Source of the DNA: Bradyrhizobium sp.
GTDB lineage: Bacteria > Pseudomonadota > Gammaproteobacteria > Burkholderiales > Burkholderiaceae_D
Assembly (NCBI GenBank): GCA_047621665.1
Contig: JBLHMB010000015.1
Span: 2,322-66,321, forward strand
Length of the DNA: 64,000 nt
Direction: 5' to 3'
Position numbers and translations under genes: made by a program
Notes under the pieces: generated by a model
What the model was told of the DNA's origin: nothing
The model's input: the letters and a program-made list of their open reading frames with translations, nothing else
The model's database searches: none
Part shown: in pieces, positions 1-9,840 of the stretch
Layout: every line of letters starts with the position of its first letter
Position numbering within the stretch: the stretch's first letter is position 1

Positions 1-2
1 CC

Positions 3-566
3 TTAAAAAGTGCTTCCGTATTGGATGGTATTGAACTTTCGATTGCTCAACTGGCATTAGACAAGGCACGTTCGAACTCGATGCTACTGAAAAAAAATAA
101 TGTCCTTCTGGAGAGCCTGCACAAAGCCGAGACGGATGCGGCTTCACTGCGAAATATCACGGCCCTGTTAAATCAGGGAGAGAGTAGCAACATGGTCGGT
201 AATGCCGTCGGCAATACAACAGGTTATTCGGCGACCATGCAAGCATTAGCCAGGCAAATCGGCAACGGTATCTGGTTGACTGGCTTCACCATTACCAAGG
301 CCGGTGCAGAAGTCAGTTTGCAAGGAAAGGTACTGGCACCGGAATTGGTGCCGGCTTATCTTGATCGTTTGAAACAGGAGCCGGCTGTGCACGGACTGCA
401 ATTTTCGGCTTTGGAAATGCGCTTGCCAAAATCTACTGGTGACAAGAAAAGCGAGTTGTCTCCATCATTGCCTCCCGTGTTGGAATTTAGTCTGCGATCG
501 GCTGTCGCGGGTGGATTGTTACCAGCTCCGGCAGCTACTGCTGTCGTCACGAGGAATGCGCAATGA
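3..566 (+). CDS. MSHA pilus biogenesis protein, MshI/PilN-like (5'-truncated by window edge)
   Basis: Frame open to the window start. PilN-like C-terminal segment (GIWLTGFTI...SLQGKVLAPELVPAYLDRLKQEP). First of four overlapping genes ending in a secretin. Confidence 0.7.
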   Translation, partial: LKSASVLDGIELSIAQLALDKARSNSMLLKKNNVLLESLHKAETDAASLRNITALLNQGESSNMVGNAVGNTTGYSATMQALARQIGNGIWLTGFTITKAGAEVSLQGKVLAPELVPAYLDRLKQEPAVHGLQFSALEMRLPKSTGDKKSELSPSLPPVLEFSLRSAVAGGLLPAPAATAVVTRNAQ

Positions 567-1294
567 GCGCGCTATCGTCATTTAAAACAAGAGGTATCGA
601 TTTTTTTCTATGGATAAACAACCGTAGCCTGCGCGAAAGAATATTGATTTGTTGTGCCGTACAACTCATCGTTCTGGCCATTATCGGATTCGGATTATTA
701 GTCCCCCGATGGCAGCTAAGAAATGTGTTGGTACATGAAATAGATCTACGGATAACCCGTCTATCGGCGATATCGGCGGAGGCAGACAGTTTGAAAACGG
801 CAGAGAAAATCGATCCTGATCAGAGTAATCGGGAATTATTAAAAAAAATAAATGTGCAATCTGATGAGTTAAGGACAGATTTAACAAAGCTATACGACAT
901 TCTCGTCAAGCCAGAAGACATGGCATTGCGATTGCAGACGATGATTAATATTAACGGCAAGTTACAACTGGTCTCACTGGATACGCTTCCAGTCGATAAT
1001 TTGATGCAAGGAAAAAAAATACCAGAGATAAATCCGGAAAAAACTCCCGTCTTATCCGAGTCAAATCCGGCCGCAGATAATCCGTTAGCTATGGACGGCA
1101 TCTATCGGCATGGCGTTGTCATCGTTGTGCGTGGCAGTTATCCGGATATTGTCGATTATCTGGTGGGGCTTGAATCGAGTCCATCCGGATTTTATTGGGG
1201 AAATATGGAAATGCATGCCGATAACTATCCGCAAGTGACCATGCACATTACCCTATTCACCTTGAGTCTGGATAAAAAATGGTTAAGTTTGTAA
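563..1294 (+). CDS. mshJ: MSHA biogenesis protein MshJ-like
   Basis: N-terminal TM helix, coiled coil, C-terminal 'IYRHGVVIVVRGSYPDIVDYLVGLE...FYW' typical of MshJ/PilO-like proteins. ATGA overlap with the upstream gene. Confidence 0.75.
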   Translation: MSALSSFKTRGIDFFLWINNRSLRERILICCAVQLIVLAIIGFGLLVPRWQLRNVLVHEIDLRITRLSAISAEADSLKTAEKIDPDQSNRELLKKINVQSDELRTDLTKLYDILVKPEDMALRLQTMININGKLQLVSLDTLPVDNLMQGKKIPEINPEKTPVLSESNPAADNPLAMDGIYRHGVVIVVRGSYPDIVDYLVGLESSPSGFYWGNMEMHADNYPQVTMHITLFTLSLDKKWLSL

Positions 1295-1659
1295 TTTTAG
1301 TCATGCTGTCGGGGGCTGTCATTGCCTCGTTACAGGCCCGCACTTTGCCTGATCCGACCCGTCCGCCTGACGTGATGCTGGTAGTGCCGGATCGGGCATC
1401 AGAAAAAATGGCGGTGGAGCCAATACTGCAATCGGTATTAATTTCGCCGTCACGAAAAATCGCTGTCATCAGCGGACAGATCATGCTCTTGAATGATGTC
1501 TTCGGAGAATTTAAGTTAGTCAGCATTAATCCATCGAGTGTTCTTCTGAAAAATGGAAAATCTGAGAAGAGACTGTTCTTATTGTCGCCGGAAGAACTGC
1601 AATTCGCCAATGCGCGCTTTATAAAAAAAATTCCTGAACAGGTGCAACACAAGCCATGA
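1279..1659 (+). CDS. mshK: MSHA biogenesis protein MshK-like
   Basis: Signal peptide followed by 'LPDPTRPP' and 'LQSVLISPSRKIAVISGQ', in the position between mshJ and mshL. Start uncertain. Confidence 0.7.
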   Translation: MVKFVILVMLSGAVIASLQARTLPDPTRPPDVMLVVPDRASEKMAVEPILQSVLISPSRKIAVISGQIMLLNDVFGEFKLVSINPSSVLLKNGKSEKRLFLLSPEELQFANARFIKKIPEQVQHKP

Positions 1660-3386
1660 AGATATTAATGTACGGATGCCTGATTATCGGATTAACGGCT
1701 TGCGCGGCACCCGTCGCACAGCGTGATACCTATGACATGATTACTCTGCAGTTGAAAAAAGCCACGGAGTTGAATGCGCTGCTTACGCAGCGTGAGGACG
1801 CCGTTATCGCTCAGGCCCGAGTTCCGGTTGCGGCTCTCCCGAGCGTGCGCGCCATTCCTGAGGAGCGCTTTAATTTATCGTTCAATGAAGTGCCGGCGCA
1901 GCAATTTTTCCGTGCCATCGTGACGGGGACGCGTTACAGCATGCTGGTCCATCCCGGCGTAACCGGCACCATCTCGGCCAACCTCAAGGAGGTCACGCTT
2001 GGTGAGGTGATGGAAGCGATGCGCGAGCTCTACGGCTACGGCTACAAAATCGAAGGCAACCGGATTGTTGTCAAGCCGTTGAGCTTGCAGACCAGTATTT
2101 TTCAGGTCAACTATCTCAACAGCAATCGTAAAGGCTCGTCCGATATCCGCGTGACTTCAGGTTCGGTCAGTGACGTGACATCCAATGCGAGTGGGCAGGG
2201 TGGTAATAATTTACCGACGCAACAACGAGCGACCTCGCATGGCATCGACAGCAGCAAGATCAGTACCTCATCAAATACCGATTTCTGGGCCGAGCTGAAG
2301 GCCTCACTCGATGCCATCATCGGCGCCAAGGAAGGACGTAGCGTGGTCATCAGTGCGCAATCCGGGGTGGTAGTGATCCGCGCCATGTCCGATGAGTTGC
2401 GTAATGTTGCGGCTTTTCTGAAAGCCACGCAGCTCTCGGTCGATCGCCAGGTCATCCTCGAAGCCAAGATCATGGAAGTCGAGCTCAACGACAGCTTCCA
2501 GTCGGGAATCAATTGGGCGGCGTTTGCGGCACCGTCTGGCAGCAACCGGCGCGCAACGCTGGGGTTTGTGGCGCCAGGATCAACACTTAATCCCGCACCA
2601 CAAAATGGTGTCACGCCGGCCAGCATCACCAGCGGTGGCAATAATGCACTGACGGCGATCACTGGCAGCGCACTATCCGCTGCCGGCACTGCAGCGGGCT
2701 CGTTGTTCGGCTTGGCATTTCAGACCAGTAACTTTGCCGCCCTGATCTCTTTTCTGGAGTCTCAAGGCACGGTGCATGTACTGTCGAGCCCGCGCATCGC
2801 GACGATGAACAATCAGAAAGCGGTGCTGAAAGTCGGCACCGATGAATTTTTTGTGACCCGCCTGACAACCACGCCCGGCCTCAGTGCAGGAAATGTCACT
2901 ACCGCCGCAACGACCACCGTGGAGGTCCAGCCGTTCTTTTCAGGCGTATCGCTCGATGTGACACCGCAGATCGACGACAGCGGCAATATCACGTTGCACG
3001 TGCACCCGTCGGTGAGCAAGGTCACAACAGTCGACAAGATCGTCAATCTCGGCGCCAATAATGGCACGTTGAGTTTGCCGCTGGCATCGAGCGCGATCTC
3101 CGAAACCGATAGCGTCGTGCGCGGCCAGGACGGGCGGGTGATTGCGATCGGCGGGTTGATGCGGCAATCGTCGACGTCGGATAATTCGCAGGTGCCCGGA
3201 GCCGGCGATGTGCCGGTGCTGGGCAACCTGTTCCGCAGCACGGCGCGGGTCGCGCAAAAACGCGAACTGGTCATCCTGATCAGGCCAACTGTCATTCAAA
3301 GCAATAGCGATTGGGCGCAAGACATGCTCGACAGTCAGCGTCGGATCGAACAGTTGGCACCGCGCACCGGCGCGCGCCCGGACTAA
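1656..3386 (+). CDS. mshL: MSHA-type pilus secretin MshL
   Basis: Lipobox LTAC; secretin motifs 'QVILEAKIMEVELND', 'VLSSPRIATMNNQKAVLKVG' and 'VPVLGNLF'. Confidence 0.9.
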   Translation: MKILMYGCLIIGLTACAAPVAQRDTYDMITLQLKKATELNALLTQREDAVIAQARVPVAALPSVRAIPEERFNLSFNEVPAQQFFRAIVTGTRYSMLVHPGVTGTISANLKEVTLGEVMEAMRELYGYGYKIEGNRIVVKPLSLQTSIFQVNYLNSNRKGSSDIRVTSGSVSDVTSNASGQGGNNLPTQQRATSHGIDSSKISTSSNTDFWAELKASLDAIIGAKEGRSVVISAQSGVVVIRAMSDELRNVAAFLKATQLSVDRQVILEAKIMEVELNDSFQSGINWAAFAAPSGSNRRATLGFVAPGSTLNPAPQNGVTPASITSGGNNALTAITGSALSAAGTAAGSLFGLAFQTSNFAALISFLESQGTVHVLSSPRIATMNNQKAVLKVGTDEFFVTRLTTTPGLSAGNVTTAATTTVEVQPFFSGVSLDVTPQIDDSGNITLHVHPSVSKVTTVDKIVNLGANNGTLSLPLASSAISETDSVVRGQDGRVIAIGGLMRQSSTSDNSQVPGAGDVPVLGNLFRSTARVAQKRELVILIRPTVIQSNSDWAQDMLDSQRRIEQLAPRTGARPD

Positions 3387-3442
3387 TCCTGTTGTGCGGG
3401 TGCTGGCGGTCGATCACGACGAGGAAAAAAACGCCTGTCAAA

Positions 3443-3462
3443 AATAAGACGACCGTTCTTTT
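3443..3462. promoter_or_regulatory. Candidate TetR-family (FadP-like) operator upstream of the fatty-acid oxidation gene
   Basis: Quasi-palindrome AATAAGACGACCGTTCTTTT just upstream of a TATAGT -10-like hexamer (3468-3473). Resembles, from memory, the ACGAYCGT-core FadP site of Burkholderiales. Confidence 0.45.
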
Positions 3463-3551
3463 CAGGGTATAGTGCAGGTCGAAAAAGACGGATCGTTACG
3501 CTGCAGGCATTCCGGTGTTGCGCCGGGTTCACCCATTAAAAAGGAAGAGAC

Positions 3552-5630
3552 ATGACAGCCGAATACCAGGTCCATGGCGCAGTTGCCATCATCACGCTCA
3601 ACAATCCCCCGGTTAACGGATTAGGTCTGTCGACCCGCACGGCAGTCGTTGCCGGCGTCCGGAAAGCCCTCGCCGATGCGGCCGTCAAGGCCATTATCCT
3701 GACCGGTGCCGGCAAGGCCTTTTCAGGCGGTGCCGATATCAAGGAATTCAATTCGCCGAGCGCGTTTGCCGAGCCATCTCTGCATACCCTGATTAATGTT
3801 GTCGAGTCCGCCGGCAAGCCGGTCATCGCTGCGATCCATAGTGTGTGCATGGGCGGCGGACTGGAACTGGCGCTGGGTTGTCATTACCGGGTCGCGATTC
3901 CAGGCGCGCAGATCGCGTTGCCGGAAGTCAAGCTCGGGATATTGCCGGGCGCTGGCGGTACGCAACGTTTGCCACGTGTTGTCGGGCTGGAGCTGGCGCT
4001 GAACATGATCGTATCGGGTACGCCGATCGCCTCCGAAAAATTGGCGACTACGGCGTTGTTCAGCAAGCTCATCGAAGGCGACCTGATCGAAGGCGCGTTG
4101 GCCTTTGCCGCCAGCATCGCCGATGTCCGGCCGCTGCCGAAGGTGCGCGACATCAAGGTCGACTATCCGAACTACGAAGCGTTCCTGCAGTTTTCACGCA
4201 ATACCGTCAAGGCCATGTCAGGCCCGTATCCGGCACCGCTGAAATGCGTCGAGGCCGTGGCCGCATCGGTGACGATGAAATTCGACGATGGCATCAAGTT
4301 TGAACGTGACCTGTTCATCGAACTGGTCCAGACCACCGAATCGAAAGCGCTGCGCCATGCGTTCTTCGGCGAACGTGCTGCCAGCAAGATCCCGGATGTA
4401 CCGGCTGACACCCCGGTACGGTCGATCAAGTCGGCGGCAGTGATCGGTGCCGGCACGATGGGTGGCGGTATTGCGATGAACTTCGTCAATGCCGGCATTC
4501 CGGTGATGCTGCTGGAAACCAGGCAGGAAGCGCTCGATAAGGGCATTGCGACGATCCGCAAGAATTACGAAAACACGATGAAGAAGGGCAAGCTGACGCA
4601 AGAGAAGTTTGATCAGCGCGTCGGCATGATCAGCGGCACGCTGAACTACGCTGATATCGGGCAGGCCGACATCGTTGTCGAAGCCGTGTTCGAAGACATG
4701 GGCGTCAAGGAAACCGTATTCCGCAAGCTCGATGAAGTGATGAAGCAAGGCGCGATTCTGGCCTCGAACACGTCGACGCTCGATGTCGATCAGATCGCGT
4801 CGTTCACGAAACGCCCGCAAGACGTGATCGGCACCCACTTTTTCAGTCCGGCCAACGTCATGAAGCTGCTCGAAATCGTGCGCGGCAAAGCAACCGCCAA
4901 GGATGTGCTGGCGACCACGCTGGCGCTGTCGAAAAAGATCAAGAAAACCGGTGTTGTGTCGGGTGTCTGCGATGGCTTCATCGGCAACCGGATGATCGAG
5001 CAATACAGTCGGCAAGCCGGCTTCCTGATCGAAGAGGGCGCGTTGCCGGAGCAAGTCGACAAGGCCGTCGAGAAGTTCGGCTTTGCGATGGGGCCGTTCC
5101 GCATGGGCGACCTGGCCGGCAATGATATCGGCTGGTATATCCGCAAGCGGCGGTATGTTGAAAAGCCAGAAATCATCTATTCGAAAACGGCTGACCTGCT
5201 GTGCGAACTGGGTCGTTATGGTCAAAAGACCGGGGCCGGCTGGTACGACTACAAAGCCGGAGACCGCAAGGCCTATGCCTCGTCACTGGTCAATGACATG
5301 ATCATCCAGCATTCGGCCGATATCGGTGTCGAGCGGCGCAAGATCAGCGATCAGGAAATCATCGAACGACTGGTGTATGCGCTGGTCAATGAAGCCGCGC
5401 ATATTCTCGAAGAGGGCATTGCGATGCGGGCCTCGGACATCGACATGGTCTATCTGACCGGTTATGGCTTCCCGGTGTTTCGTGGCGGGCCGATGTTCTA
5501 CGCCGACACGGTCGGTTTGCCGAATGTACTGATGGCAATGGAAAAGCTGGCCAAGGGTCGTCATGGCGACGCCTGGACGCCGGCACCCTTGCTGGTGAAA
5601 CTGGCGGCCGGGGGCAAGACGTTCAACTGA
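3552..5630 (+). CDS. Enoyl-CoA hydratase / 3-hydroxyacyl-CoA dehydrogenase (FadB-like multifunctional enzyme)
   Basis: Crotonase motifs 'FSGGADIKEF' and 'GGGLELALGCHYR...LPEVKLGILPGAGGTQRLPR'; NAD-binding 'GAGTMGGGIA'; 'HFFSPA' and 'DGFIGNR'. AAGGAAG RBS. Confidence 0.95.
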   Translation: MTAEYQVHGAVAIITLNNPPVNGLGLSTRTAVVAGVRKALADAAVKAIILTGAGKAFSGGADIKEFNSPSAFAEPSLHTLINVVESAGKPVIAAIHSVCMGGGLELALGCHYRVAIPGAQIALPEVKLGILPGAGGTQRLPRVVGLELALNMIVSGTPIASEKLATTALFSKLIEGDLIEGALAFAASIADVRPLPKVRDIKVDYPNYEAFLQFSRNTVKAMSGPYPAPLKCVEAVAASVTMKFDDGIKFERDLFIELVQTTESKALRHAFFGERAASKIPDVPADTPVRSIKSAAVIGAGTMGGGIAMNFVNAGIPVMLLETRQEALDKGIATIRKNYENTMKKGKLTQEKFDQRVGMISGTLNYADIGQADIVVEAVFEDMGVKETVFRKLDEVMKQGAILASNTSTLDVDQIASFTKRPQDVIGTHFFSPANVMKLLEIVRGKATAKDVLATTLALSKKIKKTGVVSGVCDGFIGNRMIEQYSRQAGFLIEEGALPEQVDKAVEKFGFAMGPFRMGDLAGNDIGWYIRKRRYVEKPEIIYSKTADLLCELGRYGQKTGAGWYDYKAGDRKAYASSLVNDMIIQHSADIGVERRKISDQEIIERLVYALVNEAAHILEEGIAMRASDIDMVYLTGYGFPVFRGGPMFYADTVGLPNVLMAMEKLAKGRHGDAWTPAPLLVKLAAGGKTFN

Positions 5631-5649
5631 GGTCAGGCTGACTGTCCGG

Positions 5650-5677
5650 AAAAGCCTCGCTGCGGCGAGGCTTTTTT
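5650..5677 (+). terminator. Rho-independent terminator
   Basis: AAAAGCCTCGC-TGCG-GCGAGGCTTTTTT. Confidence 0.85.
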
Positions 5678-5785
5678 ACTTCAGGTAGCGAACACTGCAT
5701 TACTGAAAAAATAGTGGTCTGCCTGTTAAAGTTGAGATGCCAGCGTGCCGTTATTGGCTCACTGTAGCAACAACTGGAGAACATC

Positions 5786-5986
5786 ATGAACGTCAGCGCC
5801 ATAGGTAGTCAGTCCACCAATTTGTCCACCGCCAAAACCGAACAAGCGATCGGTATCGCTGTCCTCAAGAAAGCGCTCGATAGCGAAACGTCTACCGCAA
5901 GTGCATTACTCGATGCTTTGCCTACCGTTAAAAGTGCCAGCAATTTGCCCGCCAATCTGGGGCGCAATATCAATACCACCGCCTGA
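5786..5986 (+). CDS. YjfB-family small protein (putative motility protein)
   Basis: 66 aa with 'GIAVLKKALD...ALLDAL...LPANLGRNINTTA'; GGAGA RBS. Confidence 0.8.
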   Translation: MNVSAIGSQSTNLSTAKTEQAIGIAVLKKALDSETSTASALLDALPTVKSASNLPANLGRNINTTA

Positions 5987-6228
5987 TTTAGGGGAGCGAA
6001 ACAGGATTCTGTGTGATCCTTGTTTGTGGAGTCGGGACATTGCCTGCCGCGCTGCGGCAGCAACGATGCCAAGCCTGACCCGATTCCCTGCTGTATGAAA
6101 AGGTAACTACGACGGTTGGTAAAAAAAACTGGTCTATACTTTCGCTCATTGAAGTACGGACCGCAGTTTGCGTCCATCCCTTTTCACTGCTTTTCTACCT
6201 GACCGGCTCCCACCGTGTCCATATTCCC

Positions 6229-8610
6229 TTGACCCGACCTGCTCCCCGACGTTCTCCCAAACGCACGACCCGATCCATAAAATATTATCTGCTCATCGCC
6301 TTTTTAGGCCTGTGCGGGTTAGGCGCCCTGGGCGTTTCTCTGCTGCTCGGTTACGCGTTTCTGATCGTTGCTCCAAACATGCCATCACTCGATAGAGTGA
6401 CCGATTACCAACCCAAGATTCCGCTGCGGGTATTTACGGCCGACAAGGTGCTGATCGGTGAATTCGGTGAAGAGCATCGCAATTTCCTGCCGATTAAACA
6501 GATCCCGGCACAAATGAAAAATGCTGTGCTGGCGATTGAAGACAGTCGTTTTTACGAGCATGGTGGCGTCGATTTCTTTGGTTTGATGCGTGCCGTCGTC
6601 AATGACCTCGGTGGTGGTGCGGCGCAGGGTGCTTCGACTATCACGATGCAGGTCGCGCGTAATTTTTTCCTGACCCGCGACAAGACACTGAGCCGCAAGA
6701 TGAACGAAATCATGTTGTCGTACAAAATCGAGCGGACCTTGTCGAAAGACGAGATCCTCGAGTTGTACTTGAACGAAATCTACCTTGGCCAACGCTCCTA
6801 CGGTTTCGGTAGTGCGGCGCAAACGTATTTCGGTAAGCCTCTGGACCAACTCAGCATCGCCCAGTTCGCGATGCTGGCCGGTTTGCCAAAAGCGCCGTCG
6901 GCCTACAATCCTGTGGTCAATCCCAAGCGCGCCCACATCCGTCAGCGCTACATTTTGCAGCGCATGCGTGAGCTCAACTTCATCACCGTAGCGCAATATC
7001 AGCAGGCGATTGACGAAGACATCAAGGTTCGCCAAAGCGGCAAGTCCTATGCGATTCATGCGGAGTACGCTGCCGAAATGGTGCGCAAGGTTCTGTATGC
7101 GGAGTACAAGGACGAGATTTATACGAGTGGCTTCGACGTGGTGACCACACTGCGTTCCAAGGATCAGGAAGCGGCTTACCTGGCATTACGGCGCGGCGTG
7201 ATGGACTACGAGCGCCGTCACGGTTATCGCGGTCCGGAAGCGCTGATCACTCTGCCATCGGATGCCGAGGAGCGCCAGGACGCCATTGATGGCGTGCTGG
7301 ACAAACATCCGGACAGCGACGAATTGCGCGCTGCAGTGGTGACGGCAGCAACGCCAAAACTGGTCCGCGCGACCCTGCTGTCAGGCGACAACATCGAGAT
7401 CAGCGGTGATGGTTTGCGTTTCGCTGCAGCGGGACTCAATACCAAATCGGCGGCGGCCCTGCGCATTGTTCCGGGTGCGGTGATTCGCATCAGTGAGGAT
7501 GACAAACAGCGCTGGAGCATCGTCCAGTTACCCAATGTCTCCGCCGCATTCGTTGCGCTCGATCCGCAAACGGGTGCCTATCGGGCGTTGGTGGGTGGTT
7601 TTGATTTCAACTTGAGCAAGTTCGATCACGTCACACAGGCATGGCGACAGCCGGGTTCGAGTATCAAGCCGTTCATCTATTCGGCTGCTCTGGAAAAAGG
7701 CTACGGTCCCGGTACGCTGATCAACGATGCGCCGCTCTCCATTCCCGCCGAAGCCGGAGCGCCGTTGTGGGAGCCGCAAAATGACGACAATGTCTACGAT
7801 GGTCCGGTCACGATGCGTATGGGACTGGCCAAGTCAAAAAACGTGGTGTCGATCCGTGTGCTGCGCGCTATCACTGCGCAGGCGGCACGGGACCATATGG
7901 GCCGTTTCGGCTTTGATGTCGACAAGCAGCCCAACAACCTGACGCTGGCACTGGGCACCGGGCTGGTCACACCGGGTCAGATGGCCGGTGCTTACGCGGT
8001 ATTTGCCAACGGCGGCTATCAGGTCACGCCTTACCTGATCCAGTCCGTTACCGATGCCCGCGGCAAGTTGGTGTCGCAGGCCAAACCGGTTCTGGTGGGC
8101 GAGGAGTCGGTCCGGGTACTCGATGCCCGCAACGCGTTCATCATGGATAGCATGCTGCGTGACGTGACGCGCTACGGTACGGCCGCCGCAGCGGCACGCC
8201 TCGGACGCACTGACCTGGCCGGTAAGACCGGTACCACCAATGATTCTATCGACGGCTGGTTTGCCGGCTACGGTGGTGATATGGTTGCGGTAGCCTGGAT
8301 GGGCTATGACAATCCGAAATCGCTCGGCAATCGCGAATTTGGTTCGACGCTGGCATTACCTGTGTGGATGAGCTTCATGCAGTCCGAATTGCGCGGTAAA
8401 CCGATGACACAGCAAGTGGTACCGGCGGGCCTCAATCGCGACTATGGTGATTGGGCTTACAACGAATATGCGCAGGGTGGCGGGGTGCGCTCGCTCGGTC
8501 TGGACGAACCGGGGGCAACGCCGCCGCCCTTCGAAACCGGTATCTTTGGCGAGCGGATTATTCCGCCCGATCCGTCAGCGACCCGCATGAAAGAGCTTTA
8601 CGGTTTCTGA
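6229..8610 (+). CDS. mrcA: Penicillin-binding protein 1A (transglycosylase/transpeptidase)
   Basis: Transglycosylase motifs EDSRFYEH and GASTITMQ; transpeptidase motifs SxxK (GSSIKP), SKN and KTG. Start is an uncertain TTG. Confidence 0.93.
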   Translation: MTRPAPRRSPKRTTRSIKYYLLIAFLGLCGLGALGVSLLLGYAFLIVAPNMPSLDRVTDYQPKIPLRVFTADKVLIGEFGEEHRNFLPIKQIPAQMKNAVLAIEDSRFYEHGGVDFFGLMRAVVNDLGGGAAQGASTITMQVARNFFLTRDKTLSRKMNEIMLSYKIERTLSKDEILELYLNEIYLGQRSYGFGSAAQTYFGKPLDQLSIAQFAMLAGLPKAPSAYNPVVNPKRAHIRQRYILQRMRELNFITVAQYQQAIDEDIKVRQSGKSYAIHAEYAAEMVRKVLYAEYKDEIYTSGFDVVTTLRSKDQEAAYLALRRGVMDYERRHGYRGPEALITLPSDAEERQDAIDGVLDKHPDSDELRAAVVTAATPKLVRATLLSGDNIEISGDGLRFAAAGLNTKSAAALRIVPGAVIRISEDDKQRWSIVQLPNVSAAFVALDPQTGAYRALVGGFDFNLSKFDHVTQAWRQPGSSIKPFIYSAALEKGYGPGTLINDAPLSIPAEAGAPLWEPQNDDNVYDGPVTMRMGLAKSKNVVSIRVLRAITAQAARDHMGRFGFDVDKQPNNLTLALGTGLVTPGQMAGAYAVFANGGYQVTPYLIQSVTDARGKLVSQAKPVLVGEESVRVLDARNAFIMDSMLRDVTRYGTAAAAARLGRTDLAGKTGTTNDSIDGWFAGYGGDMVAVAWMGYDNPKSLGNREFGSTLALPVWMSFMQSELRGKPMTQQVVPAGLNRDYGDWAYNEYAQGGGVRSLGLDEPGATPPPFETGIFGERIIPPDPSATRMKELYGF

Positions 8611-9839
8611 TGCAGCCATTGCAATGCACCGCGCGCCGCATGGCGTCCGGTGCCGAGGCAGGCGGTGAGCAGGTAGCCGCCGGTCGGCGCTTCCCAGTCA
8701 AGCATTTCGCCGGCACAAAATACGCCCGGCATCGCCTGCGTCATCAAGCCGGCATCCAGCCCTTCAAAGCGCACGCCACCGGCACTACTGATGGCTTCGT
8801 CGATAGGACGCACTGCCGTCAGTGTCAGTGGTAGCGACTTGATCGCGCCAGCCAGTGCGACTGGATTATTGAATGCCGGCTTGTCCAGCAGTTCGCGTAG
8901 CAAACCCATCTTAACCCCCGCCAGTCCGACCCGGCTTTGCAGGTGACTGGCCAGAGAACGTGATCCGCGCGGATGATCAACTTCAGCCAGTACCCGCTCA
9001 GCATCCTTGCCCGGCGTCAGATCGAGCCGGATTGTGACCGCACCGTTGGCGCCGATCTGGTCGCGCAAGGTCGCCGAAATCGCATACACCAGGCTTCCTT
9101 CGATGCCACTGGCGCTAATCATGCATTCGCCGGCGCGGGAGTGGGCAATACCTGCGCCATCGGTCCAGTGGATGACGATGGACTTGAGTGGATAACCGGC
9201 GAATTTATTCGTAAAGTGGGAGGACCAGCCGACGTCAAAGCCACAGTTAGACGCTTGCAGTGGTGCGACAGAGACCCCCCGTGCGCCCAGCCAGGGCACC
9301 CAGGCACCGGTCGAGCCGAGACGCTTCCAGCTGCCGCCACCGAGTGCCAGCACGACCGCATCCGGCTGACACGTCAGCACGCCATCAGGGTGATCAAATA
9401 TCAGTGCGCCATCGGCATCCCAGCCACGCCACGCGTGACGCATATGGAAACGTACGCCGGCGTTGCGCAACCGGTGCAGCCAGGCGCGCAGAAGCGGTGC
9501 GGCTTTCATGTCAACCGGAAAAATGCGTCCCGACGAGCCAACAAAGGTGGCGATGCCCAGTGCGTCGCACCACGCGCGCAAAGCGGTCGCATCGAAGGCG
9601 TCCAGCGCCGGTTGCAGCACAGAGCCGCGCCCGGCATAACGGGACTGGAATGCTGCGGCCGGTTCGGCGTGGGTCAGGTTCAGGCCGCCTTTTCCTGCCA
9701 GCAGGAATTTGCGGCCGACCGATGGCATGGCGTCGTACAGATCGACGTTGACACCGGCTTCGACCAGCGTTTCAGCGGCCATCAGTCCGGCCGGTCCGCC
9801 GCCGATGATCACGGCGTGGCGTGTTTGATAATGCGTCAT
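8598..9839 (-). CDS. HI0933/BaiN-like NAD(P)/FAD-dependent flavoprotein
   Basis: GGGPAGLMAA dinucleotide fold, 'GRKFLLAGKGGLNLTH', C-terminal 'GEMLDWEAPTGGYLLTA'. Confidence 0.9.
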   Translation of the reverse strand: MTHYQTRHAVIIGGGPAGLMAAETLVEAGVNVDLYDAMPSVGRKFLLAGKGGLNLTHAEPAAAFQSRYAGRGSVLQPALDAFDATALRAWCDALGIATFVGSSGRIFPVDMKAAPLLRAWLHRLRNAGVRFHMRHAWRGWDADGALIFDHPDGVLTCQPDAVVLALGGGSWKRLGSTGAWVPWLGARGVSVAPLQASNCGFDVGWSSHFTNKFAGYPLKSIVIHWTDGAGIAHSRAGECMISASGIEGSLVYAISATLRDQIGANGAVTIRLDLTPGKDAERVLAEVDHPRGSRSLASHLQSRVGLAGVKMGLLRELLDKPAFNNPVALAGAIKSLPLTLTAVRPIDEAISSAGGVRFEGLDAGLMTQAMPGVFCAGEMLDWEAPTGGYLLTACLGTGRHAARGALQWLHQKP

Positions 9840-9840
9840 G

